In this document: positions 38,761 through 50,922 of the stretch, piece after piece | Layout of the letters: the number at the start of each line of letters is the position of its first letter | How positions within the stretch are numbered: the stretch's first letter is position 1 | Source of the DNA: Octopus vulgaris | Lineage: Eukaryota | Length of the DNA stretch: 64,000 bases | Assembly: GCA_951406725.2 (NCBI GenBank) | Contig: OX597826.1 | Span: 63,798,001-63,862,000, forward strand | Direction of reading: 5' to 3' | Notes under the pieces: generated by a model | The model's database searches: none | What the model saw: only the letters and a program-made list of their open reading frames with translations | What the model was told of the DNA's origin: nothing | Program-made: the position numbers and the translations under genes

Positions 38761-41700
38761 TCTTCGACATGCATATCATTACATATTCGTTTCACATTTT
38801 AGCCCCAAACTCAGCAATTATGGGGAATGGGGTAAGTCAGTTACATCATCAGCCCCAATGCTCAATTGGTACTTATTTTATTGACCCCCAAAACAATGAG
38901 AGGCAAAGTTGGCCTCAGCAGAATTTGAACTTGGAACATAAAATCAAATGAAATACTCTAAGCATTTTGTCTGCTATGCTAATGATTCAGCCAGCTCACC
39001 TCCTTATGCATATCACTCGCATATTGCAGAGGGATCTTTCAGTTTCCATGCCTACCTTCTTCGTGTTGTCTTGTATCTCTGCCTCTCTCTGTTTCTCATG
39101 TAACTAACCACTGGTCAATATTGCTGAATAAATTTTCACCAAATAAAGACTTACACAACCAGCCATCTGTTTTGTTTCTGTTTCATTTCCTGGTGAGTAT
39201 GAAGTGTAGCTGCTCTGTGTACTTGTCTGAGTGTTGGGTGATAAGGCAAATGACCAGTTTTTGGAAATTGTTATAAAGGTTGAGTAGGCCGTTTGCATCA
39301 GAGACATCCAAGAAACTTGATCATTTGGAGTCTTGATTTGGAATTAATGTATGTTTGTGTATACATTTGCAAATTAGTCTCTGTATATTTGCTCTGCATA
39401 TGTATACAGTTTTTACATTTTACTTCTTTTAAATTGTAAACAAAACTATGGTTTATGTATATTTAATTTACCAGGTATGAAAAATTCAGATTTCTACTAT
39501 CCTTCTTGCTTAATAGTGGAATGGAAACAAATTGTCTGTTTGTTGGTCAGGTCAACTGTAGCTCAAGTAAATAATGATTTTATAATCAATGACATTGCCG
39601 TAAAGCTATATTAAGCCTTGCGCTTATGACTTAAAAGCTTGTATTAATAGATGAGTACAGGTATGGCTAAGTGGTTAAGAAGTTTGCTTCACAAACATGT
39701 GGTTTCTGGTTCACTCTCACTGCGCAACACCTTTGGTTAGGAGCCTCTAGTATTTACTACGTAAATGGAATTTTGTTGACTGAATCTTTGCAAAAGTTTG
39801 TGTGTATTTGACTGATTTATATTAGTGGAGGAGATAAACATATTGAAAAAAGCTGGTGCCTTGAAATGTTTTCTGCAATGAATTACAAACACTGCCTTCT
39901 CATTCAGAAATGTAGTGAGCCATTGATAGCCCATTGCAAACCTGTAACCAGTGAATTATTATTCACTGGTTGCTACTTAAATATATAGATGTGAATATGG
40001 CCATCTGTTGAACTTGCTTTTGCATTTTCTTTCGTAGATTTCTGCATAACATTGTAATAATGTGCAAATTTCTTTGAAATTAAACCAGGTTTATTTTATC
40101 ATAGTATAGCAGCTTTTCTTTTCACTATGTATCAGGCAAGCTTCTGATAGCAATATAGAGCCTCCAAACACTTGCTTAATTGCTAGAAATAGCATTCCTT
40201 AGACATTCTAGAACTATTTTACTTATGTACCAAAATTTCCAGCAATTTAACCCTGTAGCACTCAAATTAATCTGCCAAATGTAAAGCTTATTTATTCATA
40301 TTGTTTTGAATTTATCATGGATTGTCTCATAGATTTGAAATTTTGATGATATTATTGTCTATTTTTAGAATGGCATTGTATGGTAGGTGTGGGGTTAGAT
40401 CAGGCCAGTTTGAACATAAAAACAGGAGGCATATTTTGGCCGGATATAGCTGGTTTAAATGCTAGAGTTAAAAGGTCTTCAACCAATGCTTTTAGTGAAG
40501 ATAAGTGGACTAGTGGTTGAAGAAGTATGGCAATCATAATCTCAAGATTGTGAAAGTTCTAAATTAAAATCTTCCACCAAGCCTTAGTCATAATTCATGT
40601 TCCTAACACTAGCTTAATGATAACCAAGTAATTTTACCAAATTCTTTGTTATATTTAAAGTAATTGAAAGAAACACAGAACATCTCAAAATAGATATAGT
40701 AACGAAAGGGTTAAGTCATTTATACATCACAGAAGCCAGGTAAGCAACCTTCTGAGTGCTAGGACTTGAGACAGTAATATCCATGGGTTGGTAATGAAGA
40801 ACCAATGCCTTTCATTACAGTCAGACAGATGCTTACGGTGTTAGCCTGGCAACTTAATGCTGATTACAGTTTGTCTCCTGATATACATTTTTTGCTAATT
40901 ACCTTAAAATAAAAATAGGGTAAAGTTACCTTTTCAAGTCATACCAACTCATAAGGGCCGTTTTTGTAGCATATATATTCCCCACCTGGACAGGACACCG
41001 GTCTGTTGCAGGATTACTCATTTTTACGAGCTTAGTGGACTGGAGCAACATGAAATGAAGTGTTTTGCTCAAGAACACAATGCATTGCACTGTCCAAGAA
41101 TCGAAACCACAATCTTACAATCATGAGTCCAACATGCTTACCACTTAGCTATGTGCCTCCTTACTAGCTACCATACATAGGTACTACTCCCCATTATGGA
41201 GAACAGGATATTGTATTTAAAGAATTGACGTGAACTAATTGTTAGGGAGCATGCTTCCTAACTACATGGTTTCGGGTTCAGTCCCACTGCGTGGCACTTT
41301 GGGTAGGTGTCTTCTGCTATAGCCCCGAGCTGACCGAAGCTTTTTGATTGAATTCGGTAGGTGGAAGTTACTGCCGTGTGTGTGTATATATATATGTTCG
41401 TGTAGGTGCTTGTGCCTCTCCGAAAGAGAGAGAGAGAGAGAGGGGAATAGATATTGTTTATCATCATTGTTTTGTTTTTATATCCATTTTTCCATACTTG
41501 AGTAGGTTGGGTGAGTATAATCATCAAGGCATTGTATGATAGTGGGATACCTTTCTTGTTTCTAACCCTTACTGTTTTTCACATTGAGGATTTCTTTTAT
41601 TTCATACATCTTTAATAGTCCAAAGCCAGCAGAGAATCTGTTGACCAGAAAAATGACAGCAGTGGTGTCACTGCTTCTAGCAGAGTTGTTTTCAGAGATG

Positions 41701-43882
41701 CACAGATGTAAACAAACTCACACGCCTGTGTGTGTGTGCACATGGCTGCTATGGTTATGCTCAGAGCTCCAGGTAGCTTATCCTATTCCAGTCTGCTCCC
41801 AGTATAGTGATTAAGTAACTACTATACTTAGTTGTATTAAGTTACAGAAAACTGTCATTAGTGCTGTTACACACACACACACGTGAGGCTTCTTTCAGTT
41901 TCTGTCCTGTAAATCTACCCATAAGGTTTTGGTCAGCCTGAGGCTATAGTAGAAGATTATACCCAAGATGTGGTGCCCAAACTTCTCAAACCGCACGGCC
42001 AAGCCTGCACCTATCTCTATTATTTTGTATAAATAATGTATGCATAAAAGATTAACTTGACAGCTACAAGTATACTAACTCAAACAACCTCTGTTCTGTT
42101 TACTCAGTCTCTTTCCCCAACTTTTATCTCAACAGTGGAGGCAGATATAATATTCTATTATATCTTTTTTTTTTCTATTCTGAATTTAAATCCCAGCATG
42201 TGTGTGGCTGTTGATATTGCTCTTTCAGCCTGTCAAGTACCAGTAACATATTGGGATTGAGACGAGTAGAGAAACTAATAATGACATAACAGATTAGTAT
42301 AAGAAAAGGAAACTCCTGAGTTTTCACTGTTGCTTAAGTCATTCATCATTCATCATCATCATCATCGTTTAACGTCCGCTATTTTGTAAATATAAAAACA
42401 AAAAATGTCCCAGTGCATGCTTTAGGAAAGTGTCTTCTACCATAGCCTCTGGCCAACAAATGCCTTGTTAGTGAATTTGGCTGAAGCCTGGTGTGTGTGT
42501 TTTTGTTTGTCCACACACACCACTTGGTAACTGGTGTTGGTTTGTTCATATCCCATAATCTAGCAGTTTGGTAAAAGAGACAGATAAAATTAGACTTAAA
42601 TAAGTACTGTGGTTTTTTTGGGGTTGTTTTTTTTTTTATCTTCAACTAAATTCTTCAAGCCACAGTCCAATGACTGAAACAAGTAAAAGATATTCAGTAG
42701 TCAGGCACAGATTAGATCACTGTTGTATATCATGTGCTTCCCTATTCTTTTCAGTATTGTGTGGATCCCATTGTTGATGGTGTGATAATTCAGGTGTCAT
42801 TCACCTTAAACTTGCCCACTTGTCTTCACTTTTACTCCAACTAACCAAGCCATCACTCCCAACCCCCATCTGACAATCTATTTGGCATCAGACCAAGGTA
42901 GTGTCTTTATTCTGACTGAGAGTTTTCACAGCAAGCTAATCCTTTTCTTATTTTCAAAGATCTATTGGACCAAAAATAAAAATTGAATAGATTAAAAACC
43001 ATAGCCATCGCAAGCAAGTAAGTATGACATGGCAGCAAGCATCATGCTTTCACTACTTGTTTTTGGTAACCCTATGTAGTGCTAAGCAATCATAGACATT
43101 CTCAGCCCTCCAGCCCTTGTGCTAGTGGAATGTTGAGAGATGGCTGCACCAGCTCTCAGCTGGTACTCATTTTTTAAGTTGAGCAGACAGAAACAATTCA
43201 AAGTGAAACGCCTTGTTCAAGAACACAGCTTGCTGCCCAGCCCTGAAATCAAATGATCAATTATAACCACAAGCCGAACATGTTGTGACAGAACTTGCTC
43301 ACCTTGTGGTTAAGGCCAAAATAATAACCAGAATATCATCTTTTAACGTCCGCTTTCCATGCTAGCATGGGTTGGACGGTTCAACTGGGGTCTGGGAAGC
43401 CCGAAGGCTGCACCAGGCCAGTCGGATCTGGCAGTGTTTCTACAGCTGGATGCCCTTCCTAACGCCAACCACTCCATGAGTGTAGTGGGTGCTTTTTATG
43501 TGCCACCGACACAGGTGGGTGCCAGACGAGGCTGGCGAACGGCCATGCTCGGATGGTGCTTTTTACGTGATAATTACAAATTTCCTATATGTATAATTCT
43601 GTGCTACCATACATTGAGCAAATTTTTTCTTTTTGGGGTTTTCATGACAAGTCATTTTGGATTATGCATATATAATAATACACCAGGTGTGAATATTTGG
43701 ACTAACTTGAGGTTAAAGATAGTTTAATTGTGACAAATCAATGTCTGCTGAAAAATACATGCTATTGTTAAAGCTTACTCTTTTGTCCTTAGTGGTTCAT
43801 CATAGACCAGCTTTTGGTTCCTTTCTCACAGCTTTGTTGAAACTAAATTGATAATTCCTTCCATTATTATTATTCATTTCAG

Positions 43883-43957
43883 GATTTTCATGTTTTGGCC
43901 AAGGCTCCACTAGTGGCTTTTCCTTTGGTTCCAATACTGCTGCTGTGAAACCTCTAG
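43883..43957 (+). CDS. NUP58: NUP58 penultimate FG exon (75 nt, GFSCFGQGSTSGFSFGSNTAAVKPL)
   Basis: catttcag acceptor, G|gttagt donor, phase 1-1; resembles vertebrate ..TFGFGTTNKPSG. Confidence 0.9.
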
Positions 43958-45411
43958 GTTAGTGGGTGGTAAGGTTTCCTGGATCTTTCTCTATCTTTCC
44001 ATTTCTTTCTCCTTCCCTCTTCCTTTCACTCACTCACTCACTCACACACCGACACCCCCCCCCCCCCCCACCTCTCTGTCTCTCCCTCCTCCTCTCTTTC
44101 TCTCTGCCTTCCACTCGATTTTCTTTATTTTTAAACCACACCCGTCGGACAATCAATCAATAAGCTGTTTGATAGATGGACCCTTCGTTGGAGCAATAAA
44201 ATTTGATATCCAACAACATACCAGTATTCTTCAATGACAGCAAATTCACACATGTAAAATAAAAAAAAAAAATAATTTTATATACTGCTTATAAAAGAAA
44301 CCAAAAAAAAAAAAAACAACCAAGCTTTCAAGTCTGCTGTTTTCCAATTTTGGCCTTAGGCTGTTTTTTTTTTTTTTTCTTTCTTTTCCTTCAATCCTCA
44401 TTGAATCATTAGTGCTGTGTAATGTAAACATTTCTTTACAAACAAGAACCAAATATATCTGCTTCAACAAAAAAGAAACGTGTACGCTTAACTTCATCTG
44501 CTGATACTTAAGAGATAGGGGAAGCAAATAAAAATATAATCATGCTCTCGACTTCTTCCTATAACCTGTCAACAAGAGAAAGGCAAAAATATTCTAGGCA
44601 TTAGACGGTTACTGGTTTATATTTACGAAACCATATTGATGAATATTTTTTTTTTTTCTTCTTCCTTTTAATAAAAAATATTTGAAGAATCAAACATGTC
44701 CTATTTTCTCTGCATCCATTAATATCTAAAAGAAGTAATTTGTCTTTCCTTTGTTGTGATGACGCTTAGAAATGTATTATTTCTGGTTGTTTGTCCCTTT
44801 AGTTTTTGCATTAGCTCCTGTCGTTGTTGTATATGTTGTCTGTGTTTGTACGTACATGTGTGCACCCATTCTATATTGCACATTTACAACTATATTTCTC
44901 TGTGTCCACATTGCTGTAATTTTGAAGAATTTTTGATATGATCGTATGCAATTTGTGTGTGAATGTGTGTGTGTGTATTGAATGAAGGTACATTTCATTT
45001 AATAAAAAGTTTCCTTTTCTTGACACAAATGTTGAACCAATTTGAAAATTTTATACACACACACACATTAGTTTAACTAATCAGATATGACAATGGTACT
45101 GTTGCAATAATATTTAGGTTTTGAAATAGATTTCAAAAGTACTTTTGAAATTAATTTTTGCAGAACAGTTTAAGATTTTTGGTTACTAGCCTGGGATACT
45201 TTCAGTAAAGTTACCAACATGATATTTAGCTACTGCTGGTGATTTTTCCAAATCATTTCTTATATTATTAATTATATAAATATAGGTAATTAAATGTTAT
45301 GAAAAACAAATTTGCTGTTAAATTCCCCAGTATTTATGAGGAGAAAATCTAATGATATGACGCTGTAAACTAGTAGATATTGTTTCATCATATACTTGTA
45401 CATAGATTCCT

Positions 45412-45546
45412 ATCATTTTTTAAAGTTATCCCTCGCATTTTCTATAGAAATTAGAGCCAGCACTGAGAGTATACAAAACATTCGTAACTCTCAATGCTGA
45501 CTCTAGTTCCTATAGAAAATCTGTTGAGATAACTTTAAAAACTGAT
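45412..45546. repeat. Imperfect inverted repeat (about 60-bp arms, short loop)
   Basis: ttttaaagttatc..attttctatagaaattagagccagcactgagagt pairs with actctcaatgctgactctagttcctatagaaaat..gataactttaaaa. Confidence 0.9.
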
Positions 45547-46293
45547 TCAATCACACTGCTAACATGATATTGACTTATAAACCCTTCTATATACTTGATA
45601 GAATACTATGGTTACATAACTAAATACGGTGTCCCTACCAGTGATTAATATGTGCCTACATATATTGATTGTGACAGTTGACACCTCTCACTTTCATATC
45701 CTGACATTTTAAAAATAATACCTGTATTCACTGTAGGAAGTATAATTATCATTTAAGGAGAAAATCTGGAAGAAATGTGGCACAAACTCAATTTTTGGTG
45801 ATATGACATCATCATCATCATTTAACGTCCGTTCTCCATGCTGGCATGGGTTGGACGGTTCGACCGGGGATCTGGGAAGCCAGAAGGCTGCACCAGGCTC
45901 CAGTCTGATCTGGCAGTGTTTCTACAGCTGGATGCCCTTAATTATATTAACAATAACAAATATTTCTTAGATTAGCACATGGTTATAAATTTTCAGGAGT
46001 CAGTTGAATTGATCTCATTGTATAACTGTTCTCTATTCTCATCAGACATAAGGGTAAAGAAAATCAAAACCAGCTCCTGGAGTTGACAAGAAAGAGATCT
46101 AACTAAATCCTTATCATTCAATGTCCATTTTCGGTGCTGGCATAGGATGAACAGTTCAGCAGGAACTGGTGAGCCAGAGGAGTGCACCAAGACCCTCTGT
46201 CTGCTTTGGTATGGTTTCTTTGACTGGGTATCCTTCTTAACATCAACCACTTAACTGAGTGTATTGGGTGCTTTTTATGTGGCACCAGCCCAG

Positions 46294-47985
46294 TGAGATT
46301 GTATAACATTTAAGAGAATATAGCTACAAATTGATGTAAAAAAATATTTAAATAAATTTTTATATATTTGTGTAATAGTGAGGGCAACACCAGTTATTTC
46401 TCTGTAATAATATATATTAATTATATCAAAGTTGACAGCTTACTTTGAGTTCAACTCCAGGTTAAGTTGTCCACTATACACACATACACATTCTGTGTAT
46501 GTGATGAAATTAAAATATAACAGATACACTTGCAGCATACTAGATAACAAGGAACCTTCTACATGGTCACTAGAAATAGCAGCCAAATCTCTTTTACGTA
46601 TCATATCTTAAATAAGGAAAGAACACGTTAGACAATGTAATTCTGGATACTCCTAAAAAGAAGTGATGGCCACACACTGAAGGCCTTTGAACCTGAGGCT
46701 AAAAGAATGATAATGAACTTTTTTTTTTCTTGCATTGGCCAAAAATACCCTCATTTTCAGTGTGAACATCTTGTTTACAAATAATATTTAATACTACTTA
46801 TATAGTGCAATGTTATTTAGTGATTTCTCCTACATATTTTTATTAACTTTAAGGTTTTTCTTAATATAATGTGTAGAACAAAGCATCACGTGAAGTGACT
46901 TCTGTTCACCCTAGTTGTTAATGTGTTTAAGTTTCACTTCAAATGCCTGATTCAACCAAATCACCCTTGCAGTCCATTCAATTACATAATTGAGTTATCT
47001 TGTTTGTCATTGGATTGTGCATCATGCTGGGGCACCATTTGAAGGGTTTTGTTGAATAAATTGACCGCAGTACATATTTCCCTAAGTCTGGTACTTATTC
47101 TCTCTGTCCCTTTTGTTGAACTGCTAAGTGATGGGGGCATAAACAAACCAACTCTGGTTGTCAAATGGTGAGAGAGACAAACACAATGACACATATTCTC
47201 AGATATGGCGGCGAGCTGGCAGAAATGTTAGCACCCCGGGCAAAATGCGTAGCCATATTTCATCGTCTGCCGTTACGTTCTGGGTTCAAATTAAGCCGAG
47301 GTCGACTTTGCCTTTCATCCTTTCGGGGTCAATAAATTAAGTGCCGGTTACGCACTGGGGTCGATGTAATCGACTTAATCCGTTTGTCCTTGTTTGTCCC
47401 CTCTGTGTTTAGCCCCTTGTGGGTAGTAAAGAAATATATTCTCAGATATAAGTAAAAAGTGGCATACATGGTGTTACATTTATTCCATGGTTCACAGGCT
47501 TCCACCACTCTTTCCATCTACCAAATTCACTAACAAGGCATTGTTCAATTCAGTACCTATTGTAGCAGACACTTGCCCAAGGTGCTGCACAATGGGACTG
47601 AACCCAAAACCATATGGTTGCAAAGTGAGCTTCTTACCAGCTAAACATTAAAATATTTCCTATCCTATACACTAACAGAGAAATTGAGAGAATGTAGTTG
47701 TCCATCAAAATTAACAATATATCAGTTGCTTTTCATAATTCCATCAGGAAGTGAGGAAGATGTTCTGATAAAACGCCTCTGTTTATCATATTTTTTTTAA
47801 TGCCATATAAGGCCAATTTGCTTTTACCTGGCACAGAAACCTATGTAACAGGTATGTATGAGTAGAAATGAGATTGTGTAACATTCAAGAGAATATAGCT
47901 ACAAACTGATGTAAAAAATATTTAAATAAATTCTGATACATTTTTGTGTAATAGTGAAGGCAACACCAGTTATTTCTCTTTAATA
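46294..47985 (+). repeat. Local direct duplication of about 116 bp (46294-46409 and 47869-47985)
   Basis: tgagattgt.taacatt.aagagaatatagctacaaa.tgatgtaaaaaa..gtgtaatagtga.ggcaacaccagttatttctct is present twice. Confidence 0.9.
47207..47435 (+). mobile_element. Young SINE (Meta/Nin-like core) with 14-bp TSD, nested in an older SINE
   Basis: TSD atattctcagatat at 47193-47206 and 47436-47449; head ggcggcgagctggcagaa..gggttcaaatt; core gtcgactttgcctttcatcctttcggggtc. Other copies at about 105, 33447, 38790 and 48280. Confidence 0.9.
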
Positions 47986-47986
47986 T

Positions 47987-48256
47987 GTTTGTTCCTTCTC
48001 AAGCCATGCCTAGCTCATAAGGGCTGGTTTCCTTGGCGTATAGGTTCCCCGCCTGGACGGGATGCCAGTCCATCGCAGGTGAGCTACAAGATGCAGGAGG
48101 AAAGAGTGAGCAGAAGTTCGCCATTACCTTCTGCCGGAGCCATGTGGAGCTTAGGTGTTTCGCTCATAAATACACACATCGCCCAGTCAGAGATTCGAAC
48201 CCGTGATCCCTCGACCGCTAGTCTGTTGCTCTAACTACTAGGCCATGTGCCTCCAC
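47987..48256 (-). mobile_element. tRNA-derived SINE with 11-bp TSD
   Basis: TSD ctctttaatat at 47976-47986 and 48257-48267; minus-strand head gtggaggcacatggcctagtagttagagc..gggttcgaatctc with A and B boxes. Confidence 0.88.
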
Positions 48257-50820
48257 CTCTTTAATATAGGATACAGTAAAAAGGCGGCAAACTGGCAGAA
48301 TCATTAGCACAATGGGCAGAATATTTAGCATTTTATCTGTCTATATGTTCTGAGTTCAAATTCCACCAAGGTCTACTTTGCCTTTTATCCTTCTGAGGTC
48401 GATAAAACAAGTACCAGTTGAATACTGGAGGTCAATGTAATTGACTTATCCCTTACCCAAAATTGCTGGCCTTGTGCCAAAATTTGAAACATGATGCAAT
48501 AATTGAGAAGTGTTAAATATTAATATAAGGAGTTGTATCAATTGAACCGAAATTTTGAGGGGAGTTAACTGTGAATTTTAAAGATAAGAATAATGTGGTA
48601 GTGTGAATTATTTTGTTGTATCTTGAATGGAAACTAGTGAATAGTTTTAAGAAATTTTATTCACTATAGGCATAGCTGGTTTTGAGTTCAGTCCCTTAGT
48701 GCCGCACCTTGGACGAGTGTCTTCTATAATAACCCTAGACTTACCTATGCCTGATGGGTGAATTTGGTAGATGGAAACTGGTTGCCCATCACTTATATGT
48801 GCTTGTGTCCTCCATCACTATTTGGTAATTAATGTTAGTTTGTTTACATTCTTTTAGTAGAGTAGCTTAACAAAAGGGACCAATAGAATATGTCAAGATA
48901 AGTACTGGCATCAGTGTGTTCAACGGAAACCCTTCAAGGCAGTGCCCCGGCATGACTACCATCCAATGACTGAGACAAGTAAAAGATAAAGATTATACTA
49001 TCTAACCATCCCAGTAAGCCAGATTATCTAAAAGCTACTTATGAACGATTCAGTTTGGAATTTAGGTGTAATTTACACTATCTGTTGTTGTTAAGTGTGA
49101 GATCTGTCTCACATATTGTAATATATAACTGCTTCAACATGCTGAACAAAATTACTGAAATCTTCTCCAAGAGCCATCACAGTTTTATTCATTAAGGTTA
49201 GTAACGGTGGTAGGTATGTATACATCATTATCATCATCATCATTACCACAGCTACTTTTCCCTGCTGGTATGGGTTGCACAGTCTTTATTGAGGCAGATT
49301 TTCTATGGCCACATGCCCTTGCTGTCTCCAATCCTCGCCTGTTTCCAAATAAGATAATGTTTCACCATGACTCACACTCGTTTACAATTATATGATGTGA
49401 AAGCAGAGAGACAGTAATACACATATTTATGTATGTAATATATATTTATAAACGGACTGCCATACAGGTTTTGTCAACCAAAATACTCACATGGGCATTC
49501 GTTGGCCTAAAACTATTGTAAAAGCCACTGCCCAAGTTGAACCCGAAACCATGTGGTTGGGAAGCAGACTTCTTATCACACAACCATGCTTTCACCTATC
49601 ATTAATTTAATTTGGTTTTTAAAGGATCGGGCTGCTCCCACTTTTTAATTTTTGTCAAGCAATTGAAAAAAGAGTCAGTTTAAAATACTGTCAGTGGTGA
49701 AAAAGTCCAGTGTGTAAATCTGGTCCATCACAGCATTGAATAAATTTCTCTGGGATAAAATACAAACCAACATTAGTATTGTTCTTAGAACAGCTTTGTG
49801 CTTACAACCCACCCTTCAGCTAAAGTAGAATTGACTTTATAGCTTACTTAGATATCCCTGAAAAATTGTTACGGATATCAACTTGTAAAATCGGAGCTTG
49901 TAGCATGGTTCTTTCCCGAAATTGCCTTTCTTTCTGTTGGTTTGAAATGTTCATAAATGCTATCATATGTTTGTAAGTCATAAAAGTAAATGGAATTTAT
50001 CATTATATTTCTTTTTTCTATGAAAAGAAAAAGAAAACTTTAAACTAAAAGTTCTTGCATTACTAAAAATATTAGGAGCCTAGTACCCCATTCTTCCCAT
50101 TTTTTTTTTTTTTTCTTTTCAATTTCAAATTAGAAAGTTATACTATTAGAATTAATCTAAGCTGAAATATTTGCGACATTTGTGCTTACTAAATTCACTC
50201 ATGATATAACTTCAGTATTACTAACATTAGTAACTAGGATTTTGAGTAGTTTTACTGAAAGCTACCTTTCAATGGGCTTAAATAATATTTTTCTGCAAAT
50301 GATTTTTAAAAAATTTTTATTTTACAAATTTTGGATTTTCTTTTAGCTTTTAAATTAATACCATATGTATGTTTAAATTTTAATCCATTTTCATTCAATA
50401 TTTTTTCGAATATGTAACTTTCATCCCATAACTGAAATTTATTTAATTTTTGGTTTTTTTTTTTTAATTGCCAGTTGTCTCCCTTGTCATTTTCATTTAT
50501 TTATTTTTAACATTTTCAAGACATTTTTGTACCATTTTTATTTATTTATTTATTTGTTTGTTTTTTTTTCTGTTAATTTAGTTTTTGTCTGAAATACCAA
50601 CTCATAATGTTTACTCATATACATCGTTAAATAAATTACAAATAATAATATTTTTAAAATCCTCAAAGACAGACAAACTAATAAAGCTTAATCCCCACCA
50701 CCCGCTTCGCCTCTCCCTTTCTGCCCATCACAACATATTAACCCTTTGAAATATTGTTTAATAGATATTTTAGCTATTCATAGCTTGTTTGTATTTTTTT
50801 TTTTTAAATCTGTTTTGCAG

Positions 50821-50922
50821 GTTGAAAATATTAAATTCCTGTGAAATTTTGGTCATGAGAGAACCGTCATTGTTCTTTAATGCAGTGCGTGTTCTCTTGT
50901 GGCCTTTTGACTTCTAGTGCAA
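50821..50922 (+). other. Predicted cryptic stop-containing (poison or alternative) exon
   Basis: T12..tctgttttgcag acceptor and CAA|gtgagt donor; after the phase-1 donor at 43957 it reads GGT TGA. Confidence 0.6.

Noticed and set aside
44754-44830. GTGATGA as a possible C box of an intronic C/D snoRNA
   Set aside because: No D box (CTGA) with a terminal stem at a suitable distance.
48170-48256. tRNA-like sequence with A and B boxes on the minus strand
   Set aside because: It is the head of a TSD-flanked SINE; no convincing cloverleaf acceptor stem.
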